A stretch of DNA of 62,577 bases, the filler included, from Basidioascus undulatus (Eukaryota), in assembly GCA_000826855.1 (NCBI GenBank). It is 9 parts of 9 records of this genome, joined end to end, with 100 filler letters (N's around TTAATTAATTAA, not from the genome) between each part and the next. Parts side by side here need not be neighbours in the genome. Positions count along the whole stretch, not along the records: positions 25,333 to 27,607 come from JTLS01002824.1; positions 27,708 to 30,019 come from JTLS01002825.1; positions 30,120 to 32,431 come from JTLS01002826.1; positions 32,532 to 34,842 come from JTLS01002827.1; positions 34,943 to 37,250 come from JTLS01002828.1; positions 37,351 to 60,170 come from JTLS01000283.1; 3 more parts are not named here. One strand, 5' to 3'. This document shows, piece after piece, positions 25,333 through 39,982 of the stretch. The translations under genes were made by a program, and so were the position numbers. The notes beneath the pieces are model-generated. The model saw only the letters and a list, made by a program, of their open reading frames with translations. It was not told where the DNA came from and did no database searches. Position 1 is the stretch's first letter; each line of letters starts with the position of its first letter.

Positions 25333-25909
25333 CCGCACGCAGCGCGAGTGGGAGCGCGAGACGGCGCGCGCGACAAGCCCGCACCACTCGAGCATGAGCG
25401 AGTCCGAGCTCGTCGAGGTCCGCCCCGACGCGGACGACGACGACGACGACCTGCGCGGTGGGGGGAACGACTCGACCGCGGACGACGGCCCGAAGCGCGG
25501 CAGGCGGGGCAGCGCCGTGGGCGGGAAGCAGTACGAGCGCAAGGTCCGCTCGCGCGACGATACCGGCACGCCGTCACCCCGGGCTCGCGCGTCCGCAGCG
25601 CTCTCCCCCCCGCCGCCACCCCTCGTCCTCACTACCGACTCAGATCCCGCCGCGCTGTCGGGCCTGTCGCTCGGGCTGGACAAGCCCGACGAGGACGGCA
25701 TCTCGCGGCCGTCCGCGGTCGGCCGCCGCTCGAGCACAGGCTTCGTCTTCATGCCGTTCGCGTTCTCGCCGTCTGGGTCCGGCACCGACACGCGCTCACA
25801 TTCCTCCGCATCCGCATCCGCATCCACCTCCACCGCAACACCTTCACCATCACCCCCGCCGCCGCCCGTGCGCCATGCCCCGCCCCCACCACGACCTCTT
25901 GCGCTCTAG
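25333..25909 (+). CDS. 3' end of an unidentified Ser/Pro-rich disordered protein
   Basis: GC3-rich open frame from the contig start to TAG at 25907-25909, followed by a pyrimidine-rich 3' UTR-like stretch. No recognisable domain. Confidence 0.5.
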
Positions 25910-27607
25910 ACGAGAACGAGACGAATCAGGGGGAATCCTTCTTCGTTTTACCATCCCATCATACCTGCACGGCTTCTGTCCACTCGTCTTTCTCCCATTC
26001 GGCCATTGATGCCTCTTCGCTTCCTTCTTTATTCTCTCTTTCTCTCGCCTCATCTCGCATCGCATCTGACTCTGCCTGGCCATCATGATCTGCATCTCCC
26101 ACATCCCGTGTACTATCATCTTGTGTCTCTGATCACTCTCCCTCTTCTCGCTCGTGACGAGACCGACCCACTGTCTCCACGACGTTATATGCAGTGCTCC
26201 TTCGCTGGAACTTTGCCTGTGAGCAGTCTGGGTCGGCTCTTAAACAGGTGGAACGGTCGAATCCCGGGATATCCTCGCTGCCGTCTCCAGAACGTCCCGG
26301 AGGTATGCGAATGATTCAATGCACACTAGCATAGCAGGCCTCCCTCGATCATTATCTATCCTTCATCGCTTGCCGGTGTGCTCTGGAAGTTTACGAGGCC
26401 CGCGGCGACGGAGCTGATATACACTGACTAAATCTCTAAATCACTCAGTCCGTCCTGGTAAGCCAACCGCTGCGTCAAGGTCAATTGGGGATGGCGGTCC
26501 GCGAAGGGCAGGCGACTTTGCTCTGGAGAGAGTGCCGAGCAGCGAGAGAGCGAGCGGAGGTGGCCTTTGGATGAGATACTGGAGCTACTGCGTGGAGATG
26601 CTGCTCGAACTGGCGCCAGGAAGGGGAAGGGGGAGAGAATGGTGGGAATGACTGAAGCAGGCTGCAAGGAGGTGCGCTGCTGGCTAGAGAAGCACGTTCG
26701 ACGACTGGATAGGATGGGGTGTTCGAAGGTGGGGTTTGACTTCTCAGTGAAAGGGTGAGGCGGGCTGTGAGGGATCGACGGGAGAAGGATGAGGGGTGGG
26801 ATTAGATCGAGGAGATGAGTGGGTGAGTGAGCGAGTGAGTCAGGCGGTGCGAGAGAGGGGATCAGATGAGTTGCTCGAAAATGAACCCGTGGCAGGGCAG
26901 GGTGCAGCGGGCGTGTCCGGAGCGAGAGAGGGGACGCTACTTGTGCATCGGCTGCCCAGTGTCCAATCAGCCAGAAGCGCCGTCGGTACACAGCCAGGGT
27001 CGAAGGCCGAGGGCACGGAGGCACAAAGGCACGTGTGCATGCATGAAATTCAGCGGTGGATGCATGATCCGTCCCCGCGCCGGTATGCGGGGGCGGTGCG
27101 CGTGGCTAGGGCTGGGGATGGGAAATTGCGACGGCTGTGTGGGCGCACACCCCCGCTTCAAGGCCCACCTCTTCGCCCGCCCCGCCCCGCCCCGCCCCGC
27201 CTCTGTTCCGCGCTCCGGGCGGGCGATCCTCGCATGGGCGGGAGGAACAAAGTCGAGGTTCTCGCTTCGCGCTCGCTCTGCCTGGCTCCTTCATCCGCCG
27301 AATCAGCTTCTCGGCCCCCTTTCCCCGTACCCACCGCCCACTCACCTTCCCCATTCATGTCCCTCAGCCCACACGCCTCTCGCACGTCTCCACATGCGTG
27401 TCTCCACACTCAATGGAGCAGTACGGCACAGCGCATCTCAAGCACGCGTACGCGCCCCAGAAGCCGCACACGCCGCAGAGCGTGCGGGGCTTTGCGCGCG
27501 GCGGGGGGGCGGTGGCGGTGTGGTAGTTCGGTGTGGTCGGGGGGAGGTTCTACATTTAAAAGAGGTACATTGTGTCAAATGGGAAAAGGGAGGGAGGGTG
27601 AAAGGAT

Positions 27608-27707
27608 NNNNNNNNNNNNNNNNNNNNNNNNNNNNNNNNNNNNNNNNNNNNTTAATTAATTAANNNNNNNNNNNNNNNNNNNNNNNNNNNNNNNNNNNNN
27701 NNNNNNN
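27608..27707. other. Artificial contig linker
   Basis: N44-TTAATTAATTAA-N44. Confidence 0.98.
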
Positions 27708-30019
27708 CACCTCGCCCACCTGTCCGGCGGACCCGAGCAACGTCACGCATTGCCCATGCGGCAAGACCCCGCTCGCGGTCCTTCCCGCAACGGCGCGGCA
27801 GAAATGCACGGACGCGATCCCGACGTGCGGGGCCGTGTGCGGGAAGCACTTGGAGGGGTGCGGGCATACGTGCCAGGAGTAAGTTCCCCTCCTCTTCCCC
27901 CTCTTCCCATCTACCCCCATACCTCCATCTCGCCTCGAACCGTTCCAGGCGGTGGCTTACTCTGCTCGCCCCAACCCAACAGGAAATGCCACACCGGCCC
28001 CTGCCTGCCCTGCAGGCAGGAGGTCACCCAGCTGTGCCGCTGCGGGTCGAGCAAGATCACGCGCTTGTGCGCCGACATCCGGGAGGAGGGCGACGCGGGG
28101 GAGGTACTGTGCGAGCGGGTGTGCGGGGCGCTCAGGGCTTGCGGGAGGCATGAGTGCCGGAACGTGCGTTCTCCTCCTCCGCTTCCCCTTCTCCCTTTCT
28201 ACAAGGACGCGATACGAAGGGAAACTGACTTGGGAACTGGTGGATCGAACAGGTCTGCTGCCCCCTCGCCTTCCTCGGTGCGCGCGCGGGCGGGAAGGGC
28301 AAGCGCCGCGCGGTGGATGACGACGCGGACGTCCCGGCTGAGATGGTCGAGCGCTGGCACACGTGCGAGTTGGTGTGCGGCAAGCGGCTGGGGTGCGGGA
28401 TCCACACGTGAGTCTTCGTGGCTGTGTGGGTGGGAGGAATGCGTGCTGATGTTGGTGTTATGGTGATTGCGATGGATAGGTGCGAGCACGCCGACCACAA
28501 GGGCGCGTGTCCGCCGTGCTTGCGCGCATCGTTTGATGAGCTCGTCTGTAATTGTGCGAGGACGGTCGTGTTCCCGCCTATTCCTGTGCGTGTTCCTTGC
28601 TCTCCACCTGGTCCCTTATCTCACTCCCTCATACCTCGACGACAACGGCTGACGCTTTCGGACCTGCTCACAGTGCGGCACCCGCGTAAACTGCACCTAT
28701 CCCTGCGCGCGTCCCGCGCCCGCATGCGGACACCCCAAGACGCCGCACACGTGCCACGAGGACGAGAACTGCCCGCCGTGTCCCTTCTTGGCCGAGAAGG
28801 AGTGTACGTCGCTCTGCTCCGCTGTTCCCCCGCCTTCTTTCCACCATTATTGTCCAGTGCTGAGATTTTGATGGGCGGACAGGCATGTGCGGCAAGGAGC
28901 GCGTACGCAACGTGCGGTGCAGCCAGGAGCGCGTGAGCTGTGGGAAATCGTGTGGGCGGTGAGTTGGCTTACTGGTTTTGAAGGGTTTTTCGGGACAGAA
29001 GCTGACGAGGCAAGGGCAATGGCAGACTTCTTGACTGCGGCTACCACCGCTGCACGAGGCCCTGCCACCCCGAGGGCGAGTGCGAGACGCCGTGCAGGCA
29101 GCCGTGTGGGAAGCCGAGGAAGATCTGGTGCGTCTTGCTCTCCTTCCCTTCTTCCGTGGGATGAAAGGGGAAGATGTGATGCTGACAGACGACGACGACA
29201 GCAAACACCCCGACCCCGCACCGTGCCACGCGCCGGCGTCCTGCAACGAGAGCGAGCCTTGCCCAGCGGTGCGTTCGATTGCTTTCCTTCGTCCCGAGTG
29301 CGACAGTGGCTGATGAAGTGGGTGGGATGCACGCAGATCGTCACCCTTACGTGCGCGTGCGGGCTGCAGAAGCAGCAGGCGACGTGCGGGGCGTCGACGG
29401 CGAACCCAGTTTCGAAGGAGTGGACTGGTGCGTGGATCCATCGCTCTCCCTCCTCCGGGTCAGCACTTTTTGACCCGAGGCTTTGTCATGCTTGCAGAAC
29501 TGAAATGCATCGACGCATGTCACATCGCACAGCGCAACGCCCGGCTCGCCGAGGCGCTGGGGATCTCGGACAAGGTTGCTGCCCCGCGTGAGGCCGAGTA
29601 CTCGCCCGAGGAGATCCGGTTCGCACTGCAGAACGCGATGTTTGTGGCGGGGCTGGAGAAGGCGCTCAATGAGTGGGTCGTCTTACCGCTTTGAAATTAG
29701 GGATTGGTGCTGATGCGGAGTTGGGCGCGCGGTGACAGCTTCATCCAGAGCCCGAAGAGGACCGTTTCGCTACCCCCTATGCCGCTCATGAAGCGGAAGT
29801 TCTGCCACGAGGTACGCTGATTCGGGAAGCGGAAGCCAGCTGGCGGCATGAGCTGATGATGACTGCGCTGGACTAGATCGCGAAAGTGTACAACATCGAC
29901 TCAGAAACAACCGGCGAAGAGCCGCACTGCGCCGTCGTCCTCCGCCGGCGCGGCGACTCGCGCATCCCCTCCCCACTCCTCACGGAGGCTGCCAAAGCGC
30001 GCCGACAGCACGCGACGGG
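27708..30019 (+). CDS. FAP1: NF-X1-type zinc finger / R3H protein (FAP1-like), internal fragment
   Basis: Repeated CGxHxCxxxCHxGxCxPC units across spliced exons, CIDACHIAQRNARLAEALGI, and R3H-like LPPMPLMKRKFCHEIAKVYNIDSETTGEEP. Truncated at both ends. Confidence 0.88.
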
Positions 30020-30119
30020 NNNNNNNNNNNNNNNNNNNNNNNNNNNNNNNNNNNNNNNNNNNNTTAATTAATTAANNNNNNNNNNNNNNNNNNNNNNNNN
30101 NNNNNNNNNNNNNNNNNNN
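30020..30119. other. Artificial contig linker
   Basis: N44-TTAATTAATTAA-N44. Confidence 0.98.
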
Positions 30120-30459
30120 GGCGCTGTTGACCGCGCGCGCGGCGCCCCTCCCCGCTCAAAAAAACTAGCACAGCCGTTCGCGACGTGCTTGTCGAACTCG
30201 ACGACTTGCAGGCCACACAGGACTCTCCAGCGACTCCCCGTTGACGTCCTCGACGTTGAGCTAAAGTCGCTTTCCGTCCGACACGTACGTTCGCACACAC
30301 CCTCCCTAAGCTCCGCCCCACTCGCCGCGCGCCTGCCGAGCAGTCGCTCATCAAAGGCGACGGCCGCCACTGACTTGCTACTCCTTTGCGTATATTGCAG
30401 ACACATCACTCTACTCTACACACCTCCCCCTCCGTTTTATTCCTCTCGCTTCCCCCACC

Positions 30460-32313
<1,854 letters not shown>

Positions 32314-32431
32314 GCGCGCACCCGCTCGCGAGAATGCGTGCGTGGTGCGGCGGCGGGTGGATGGTGGGCGGGCGCTGGCGGAGGGGATGGCGGTGTAGTG
32401 GGGGACGGACGGATGGCAGAGCGCGGCGGGG

Positions 32432-32531
32432 NNNNNNNNNNNNNNNNNNNNNNNNNNNNNNNNNNNNNNNNNNNNTTAATTAATTAANNNNNNNNNNNNN
32501 NNNNNNNNNNNNNNNNNNNNNNNNNNNNNNN
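32432..32531. other. Artificial contig linker
   Basis: N44-TTAATTAATTAA-N44. Confidence 0.98.
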
Positions 32532-34842
32532 CCCGCGCCCGCGCTGAGGAGGTCCGTCGCCGTGCTCGCGCGCTGGGGTTGCGGCTGTGGGGAGGCGGGG
32601 ACGACCACCTCCGCCGGGCCCGCCGCCTCGTTCTCCTCCGGCGGGCCGGGCGCGGAGTATGAGCGCGGGTGGACGATGCTCGTGCGCTGCTGCTGGGGGG
32701 ACGGGGAAGGCTGCGGCTGCGAGCCGGTGGAGGACGAGGAGGCTGTGCGGCCATGCCCGCCGCGGACACGCTCGCCGCTGAGGTACGAGAGCGATGGGGG
32801 CGGGGGCAAAGGCGTGTTGGCGTCCTCCTCCGCCGCGGCCGCCTGGAGACGGACGAGGTCCGAGTTCCGGTTCAAGAGCGAAGCGGCGGAGGCCTTGTTC
32901 ACCGAGCGGGGGATGGGCGACTGAGTCCTCCTCCGGTGCTGCTGCTGGCCGTTCTCCTCTACGCCGCCCCCCACTCCTCCACCTGCCGCCGCCCCATTCC
33001 CGCTCCCGTGTCCCCGCAGGCGGTCCCACAGCCCCCGAATGCCCTTCTTCATCTTGCTTTTCTTCCCACCGCCGTCGCCGTCGGTTGGGCCCGCCCGCTC
33101 TGCCGCGGCCCGGCCGCGCACGCTCCCCTCCGCGTCGCTTGCCGATCCGCGCTCGTCCGACGTCCACCGGTCGAGCGCATTCACAGACGAGGCGCGCGCG
33201 CGGCTCGGCACGCCGTACGGGAGGTGGGCGTCCTGCTCGAGGCCGAGGTGCTGCATCCATGATCCATCATCCAGAAACAATCAGTCGCCAGCGCTTATCA
33301 CTATCGACGACCGGAAAGTGACCGCACCATGTCCATCATCGACCCCGACGGAGCGAACGACACAACCGAGGCCGTCGCGCTCCTGTTCGAGTGGCGGAAG
33401 AGGAAGCTGAACGGCCTGCGCGTGCTCAGGCCCGGGGAGGGCATGTCCGCGTGGGGGCCGAACGATGCGTGCGGGTGCGAAGGAGAGCTGGGAGACTGGG
33501 GCTGCAGCTGGTGCGGGAGGTTGACGGTGCTGCTGGAGCGGAAAGTCGAGCTGCGCTGCTGCTGGTCCATCGAAGCCTCGCGGGCAGCGACTGAGCTGCG
33601 AGCCGCCCCGGCGGCGGGGAGGGGCGGTGCGTCTTGCAGGGAGAGGTTCAAGCTGAGGTGGCTCCCGTATGGGGCAGGCGCCGCCCCATTGCCGGCACTA
33701 CTCCCGCCAGTCGAGCGCCTGCGGGCCTTGGCAGCCGCGCGCTGGGCGGCCTTCGCCTCCCTCGCGGTATCGATCTGCTCGACGATCATGCCCGACTCGA
33801 GGAGGAGGACGTTCCCGCTCCCGCTGCCCGCGCCGCTCTGCCTGCGCGGGGCGGGCACGCGCAGCGGCCCAGTGTCGTCCAGGTCGATCGAGGCGGACAC
33901 GCCGTGGTCATACGCTTGCGTGCGCAGCTGCGAGTACGTGTCCCGCATGCGCGACTCGACGAGCGAGGACTCGCGCGACGCTTCGAGACGGGCGCGCTCT
34001 TCCGCTGCGAGATACCTGGTGACAGACAAACGTCAGTCAGCCGGTCCTGCATGGACACCATGGAGAACCCGGGCGTACCGAGCCTGCTCCTTCAAATACG
34101 CATGCAGCGTCCGCCATCGATGGCTCGTGGCAGGCGGGTTCTACCCACCACCGAGCAACCCACTAAGTTCCCACCTCTCCCCCAAGTCCCCAGGCAGGTT
34201 CCCAGTAAATCAACAGCCGGGCAGCTTACCATGCTCGTCCACAACCTCAGCTTCTCCTCCGTCAACAGCTCCCCCCTCGTCGCGCCGTGCCTCACAGCGT
34301 CCACGCGAGTCTCGCTGGACCCCGCGCCGGCACCGGCAAACCCGCTCTCGACGCTCACGCTCCCGTTCACACTCGCGGGGGCCATCTCCTCCTGCCCGAT
34401 GCGCAGCGCCTCCTCGAAGTCCGCGTCGCTCGTGCGCGCCCAGGCGGCGGGGCCGACGTCCACGTCCGCTAGATCTCTGATGGCCGGGTGGGGGGTCAGA
34501 GATGCTGGGTTCGGAAAGACGTGAAGGCGGGAAGATAGAAAGGGTTCACACACCGATCGCGCATCATGCACTCCAAGCAGACCTCCGCGCCCGGCTGGGT
34601 CGCAAAGACCGGCGGGAAGGGCGGGACGGGTACGGCTGGCGTGGCAGCTGCCCCCGCAGCGAGTGCGGGGGGGACATATATGTTCGGCGTGGCGCTCATG
34701 GCGGGGGAGAGGATGGTCGCGGGCGTGTAAGTCTGGGATGTGCGGCGGTTGACGGACCCGGCGCGGACGCCGGCGTCGGCGACGGGGGAGGATGGGGGGA
34801 GGGTTCCGCGCGCGGCGGCGGCTGCGATGGCGGGGGAACAGG
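32532..34842 (-). CDS. Uncharacterised, largely disordered protein with EVCLECMMRDRDLADVDV motif (fragment)
   Basis: Long GC3-rich frames joined by GT-AG introns. Islands CLECMMRDRDLADV, LTEEKLRLW, LLESGMIVEQID and SFAPSGSMMDMHLGL. Truncated at both ends. Confidence 0.7.
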
Positions 34843-34942
34843 NNNNNNNNNNNNNNNNNNNNNNNNNNNNNNNNNNNNNNNNNNNNTTAATTAATTAANN
34901 NNNNNNNNNNNNNNNNNNNNNNNNNNNNNNNNNNNNNNNNNN
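34843..34942. other. Artificial contig linker
   Basis: N44-TTAATTAATTAA-N44. Confidence 0.98.
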
Positions 34943-35199
34943 GAGAGCGTCCTATGCAGTGCTTTGTTGTCGTGAAAGTGCCTTCTGGGTAGAGCATGTG
35001 GACGACAAGGTGGACGGCAGCCTCATCGCTGCTTCCTGGCTCTGGAATGACCTGTCGCAGCTTACGATATCTGTATTGCCTTTTATAGCTGAAAACTGGT
35101 GCTTCTGATCCAGATCAGAGCGATGCATGACCGACCCGCCCTTACCGGATGCGTGCGCTATATGCTTGCAAGACACAATGCTGCGACCGAGAGATGTAG

Positions 35200-36073
35200 A
35201 TAATTGTTGGTTCTGGATTCAAAGCTTATAGACCCTCCTACATCCCGTGTGTGTATGAAAACTCAGCCCGTCCGGCATCACCTCGGGAACCTCGACCTTC
35301 TCAAGCAGCGCCTCCCTCGCGTCCTCCCCACGCTGGTAAGCATACCGTTGCAACCATGCGTATTTGAGAGAATTTCCCCCCCACGCCCGTGCGACCTCAA
35401 GCGCAGTGATGTTGGGGTTGCTCATCAGGTTGTCCCAAGTGTCGAACGACAATCGCGCATGTGAACGACAATCGCGCAGGCGCAGCTTCGAGATAGGGAG
35501 GGACGCGCATTCCGGCGCGTCGGAGCCAACGTAGCCGCCGAGCAGCAGACAGTGCAGAATGCGCTATAAAGTGCAGATGTTGAGCAGCTCCGAAACTGCC
35601 TCATCCGTACCCGCATTGACCCCCGTCTTTTCCAAATACAACATTAAGGAAGCCGACTCTGGTCGAAGGGCTTTTAAGGCATGGCAGAGCGTCCTATCAT
35701 TCGAAGAGGAAGACAGTATGAACGCGGAAATTAAGGTTCCTCACCTAGAGCATGAGCGTGGTATGGCCGTGATGGTGGCCTCGTCGTACGGAAGGGCGTT
35801 GATGACCATGACGTGAGTCGATACTCGCCGCGCCGCACCCTCGCTCTTTCGAAGGGAAGCGAGGAACGAGACGCACTGCGTCCGCTTCCTGAGGCGTACA
35901 CTGTGCCAGAGATGCTCCAGCGACAGAGGCGTGAGACGCTTGCATATGAAGAGCGAAAAGAACGGCGATGGTCCGTACGGCCCGGGCGGCGCTGTGTTCG
36001 AGTCGTCCGTGAAGTTTGCCTCGAAGAGGATGTGAGAGAAGATCTCGTTCAGCAAGTCGACGAGGTGGGGCAT
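35200..36073 (-). pseudogene. F-box/LRR-like pseudogene
   Basis: MPHLVDLLNEIFSHIL...SLFICKRLTPLSLEHLWHSVRL is a typical basidiomycete F-box start. In-frame stop at 35741 and a 19-nt-period duplication at 35444-35478. The 3' limit is approximate. Confidence 0.55.
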
Positions 36074-37250
36074 AATTCCGAAGTAAACTTGGCTGTAGGC
36101 GTTGGGCCCGGAGGGAAAGATGGTGGTTGTTGAAAGGGAAGAGGGGAGGGAGGAACAACGAGTCAGGCGAGTCAGCCCGAACTCGCCGTTCGCCGTTCCG
36201 AACAGTTTCCGCTGAACGCCGCACGACGCCATTAACGAGGTACTTGGGAAAGCCAAGCTCTTCCGAACAATTACTTGGGGATTGAGTCAAAGCAGCTCTC
36301 TATGGGCTTCGGGTCTTGCGCACCCAGCGAATGAAACCTTTGAGTTTGGTGGGGCTGTTGCACTGACTGCATGGCTGATCCACGTCGAAAAGCATCAAGA
36401 GTGCCAGTTCGTACGTTCCAACACCAAAAGGTCTTGAGCTGCACCAACCACAAAATCCCACCCACGTCCGACCCTCGACAGGCATCACGTCAGCTTTCCC
36501 GGTACGCCCCTGAAAAACAGCCTCGTCAGATCGTCTCTCAGGTCCGTCAAGCGCTCTTTCCACGCTTCTACCGCTTCCTCTCCCTCTCCTTCGGGACCAA
36601 CCGTCCAGTCCGCAGCAAAGAACCCATAGAAGCGGCCGAATACCTTGAGCTGCTCGGGAGCGAGGCGGTCGAACTTGGGACGTGCTCTCAGAGGTTCGAG
36701 GCCCTGTACGCTGTTGTTCATTAAATGTGAGCTCCTAGGGAATGGAGGGAGAGAGGTAAGGAGGGAGAATATTACTTGAGGGAAACGCATCTCGGGTGAG
36801 CGACGGCTGTCACGGTTCGGGATGGCTACCAATTAGTATATAAAGTCTTATTCCAGCCTCTTAATGTATCTATCCCAGTCAATCCGAGCGCGCAGTGAAG
36901 TAGTTTTATCCGCCATTTTCGCAAACGAGCCTCAAAGTTTTTTGCGCCCATTTAATTTAATCTATTGTAGCAAATATATTCCATAATCCGAAGCACGGAC
37001 ATGGTAACAGGAAGAAAGATCTATGTTTCTAAACGTTGGAAAAGAGAGCAGAAGAGAGGCTCTGCGAGGCAACCAATTCAGCGGTGCGCGGCGGGCAGGG
37101 GGCGGCAAACGCAACGCACCAGTACTCCGGCGGGTTGACACCTTCCGTAAACCACGCACGAGAAATGTGTACGTGTATGACATTTCAGGTGCGATCTGTG
37201 AATAGGCAAAGTTCAGCTGCGCTCCCGGAATGGGGTGCAATGAACATTCA

Positions 37251-37350
37251 NNNNNNNNNNNNNNNNNNNNNNNNNNNNNNNNNNNNNNNNNNNNTTAATT
37301 AATTAANNNNNNNNNNNNNNNNNNNNNNNNNNNNNNNNNNNNNNNNNNNN
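37251..37350. other. Artificial contig linker
   Basis: N44-TTAATTAATTAA-N44. Confidence 0.98.
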
Positions 37351-37367
37351 GTGTGCTCTTCCGATCT
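37351..37367 (+). other. Illumina TruSeq adapter remnant
   Basis: GTGTGCTCTTCCGATCT (reverse complement AGATCGGAAGAGCACAC) exactly at the contig start. Confidence 0.95.
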
Positions 37368-38675
37368 CTTCCCGCGCTTCTTCTCCTCCTCGAGCTTGCG
37401 CGCGAGCTCGCGCTCGGGGTCCTTCGCGGCCGTCTCGCTGTCGACCATGAGCATCCGCGCGGCCTTGACGTGCCGGCTGTTTACGGTGCTCGCCAGGCGG
37501 CGGTGCGTCGCGGAGTGCAGCGACGGCGGGCGGAAGGACAGCGACCCGGAGAAGGACGCGGAGGACGCGAAGAGCTGCGCACGGTTGTGCTGCGCGTAGA
37601 GGTAGGTGAGGGGGTTGGAGGTAGGCTGTGTCACGGTGGGCTCGGGAGTCGCGGTCCCCGTGGAGGACTCCACGTCGATCGGCTCGGAGGTCGACGGCCC
37701 CGCGCCAGAGGTGGTCGTGGAGCGCGGCTTGGTGCGCACGGAGGAGGAGGGCGCGGAGTCGAGGTTCGCGGTGATGTCGAAGAACTCGGTGCCGAGCTGG
37801 AGGGACATGGACCCGTCCGACCACTTTACGATGCGCGCGTTGCTTTGCTGGACCTGCCATACCCCATAGTCCATCAGTCCCTGGCATCTCCCTCCACCTT
37901 TGCCGCCCAAAGCTCCCTCGAAGGAGAAGAGAAGAGGAAAGAGGGAAACGAGCCACCCACCTGCCGCCCCTCCCCATCCGCCTTCCACCGCCAGCGCACA
38001 GTGTTCTGTGGTCCTCCAGCAGGCACGTCCTTCGGGTCCTCCACCTGCCACGTCTGGGGGTCGAACGGCTGTGGCTCGATGGCAAGGAAGTTGGGGACGC
38101 GGACGAGCCAGTGCTGTCCCCACCGCAGCCCATCAGCATTCACGATCACAAAAGGCAGAAGGCATAGGGAAGCGAGAGAGGCAGAAGAGAGGGGGAAGCG
38201 CACCTTGCCATCGGACGAGCGCACGGGAGGGATGTTGGGCACGTTGAGCGTCGTCTCGACCTGCGTGACATGCTCGTACGTCTCGGTCGGGAGGTCGTCC
38301 TCGCCGTACTCAAGCCGCCGGCGCGCCTCGGCCTCGCCGGGGGTGAGCGGCTCGCCGTCGCCCTCCGCGTCGGAGGTGGTTCCCTCTCGCAGGGCTTGCG
38401 GTTGCCTGCTGTTTCCCGGCCCACCGCGTCAGTCAGAGCTGAAGTGAGAGTGAGATGGGGCGCAGTGACACGCACTCTTCATCCTCGTCCTCGCCCCCGA
38501 GGTCACCAAACAAGTCGTCCCCCTCGCCCATCTCCGTGTCCTCGTTTTCGTTCGCCTCCGCCGGCGCGGGTTGGGACTCGTCCGCGTCTTGCATGGAGAC
38601 GTCGCCGCCCGTGGGTTCGTCGGCGGGGAAGAGGTTGTCGGCGAGGTGCTCGCCGGGTGGCGGGGAGGAGGACAT
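37368..38675 (-). CDS. LEO1: Paf1 complex subunit Leo1 (3' truncated)
   Basis: Acidic N-terminus with DDLFGD, then VPNFLAIEPQPFDP, NTVRWRW and SNARIVKWSDGSMSLQLG (Leo1 domain). Confidence 0.93.
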
Positions 38676-39100
38676 GACGGTTGGGGAAGAGGTGCCTGTG
38701 AGAGATGAAGGAAAGTGGGGGGAAGAGAAAAGAAGAGGGGTAAGGAGATGGGAGGTGCAAAGGAGGTGAGCGAGAGAACGCGTTTCGAGCGCGTGGGGGT
38801 CGCCTAGCGGCTTTAGCATATCGGTTAAGAATTATGCTGTGTCCCTTGACTCTGTTTGCTGATTCTCACCTGCCATACAAACCCACCTCTCGATCACTGC
38901 GGCCGGCCTCGGCCGCCCGTCGTCATTGACAGAGCAAGGGCCTGCTCCTCTGCCTTGTCTTCGAACCTCTCCTCCTCATCCTCATTCCCATTCCCATTCC
39001 CATTCTCCCTTCCTCCTCATCGCCGCCACCCATCCCCGCCCATCCCATCTCTCTCCGTCCACCCCGGTACATTATCACACTCCCCATAGACTCCGCCGCC

Positions 39101-39982
39101 ATGGTCCAATGGTTCAAGTCCGAACAGTCCTTCGCTTACCCATGGTGGCACGTCAGTCACGCCCAGGGAAAGCGGTGTATTGGACATACGGCTGATAGGG
39201 CTGTGAGGGGGAACAGACAACTGTTGGGATCTGGCGGAAATACCCGAATCCTCATAGGTGCGCCATCCTTTGCCTTTTCCTCTGGAGTGGAGAAAGCGTG
39301 CTTAAACGGCCGGTGCTGGTTGGCTACAGCGCACACGTCAAGACGGTGGATGTCCTCAATCGGATAGTGGACCCCAAGACGGGCGACGTCAAGACGGAGC
39401 GGATTATCGGGGTGCAGCAGTCTGCGCCGGCATGGGCAGTCAAGGTGCGTCTTGCCTCTTCCCTCCTCATCCTCCTCTCCCTCCCCTGCATCCCCTCCCT
39501 CCCTTCCTTCCTTCATCTTCGCATCTTCCCGCGCACTTATACTCCTTCTCTCCCAGCTATTCGGCGCCGACTCGACCGCCTACGTCCTGGAGCAGCTGCA
39601 CGTCTCGCCCTCGACGCAGACGACGCGGTGCACGTCGATCAACCTCTCGCTCGCGCAGTACCTCACCTGCCTCGAGCGTATCGCGTACACGCCCCACCCG
39701 GCCGACCCGCAGGGCAAGACCGCCTTCTCCCAGGTCGCGGAGATCGTCAGCGTCGGCGGGCTCGGGTGGAAGGCGGCCGAGCGCAAGCTTGAGGAGCATA
39801 GCGTGCGGAGGTTTGGGGAGAACGCGGGGAGGGGGAGGGAAGGTGCGTGGCTCTGCTCGATCCTCTCTTATCTCCTCCTTCCTTGCGTCTCTTACTTCTT
39901 GCTCATCCTCTCAAACACAGGATTCGAATACGTCCTCCGCCACCTCAAGTTCGCGCCCCAACCCCAACCCGCCGCAGCATGA
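39101..39982 (+). CDS. UPS2: PRELI/MSF1 mitochondrial lipid transfer protein, Ups2-like
   Basis: FAYPW...WRKYPNPHSAHVKTVDVL...TERII...SINLSL...YTPHP...SVRRFGENAGRGREGFEYVL. Four canonical introns. Confidence 0.85.

Noticed and set aside
27413..27526. Short ORF MEQYGTAH...AVAVW as a pheromone or peptide precursor
   Set aside because: No CAAX box, repeats or signal peptide.
33329..34524. Long plus-strand ORFs (383 and 296 aa)
   Set aside because: Antisense shadows of the GC-rich minus-strand gene. The same applies to 37353-38447 and 45470-46471.
38790..38835. tRNA-like start GGGGGTCGCCTAGCGG
   Set aside because: No T-loop (GTTCRA) or cloverleaf follows. I recognised no tRNA, rRNA or snRNA in the window.
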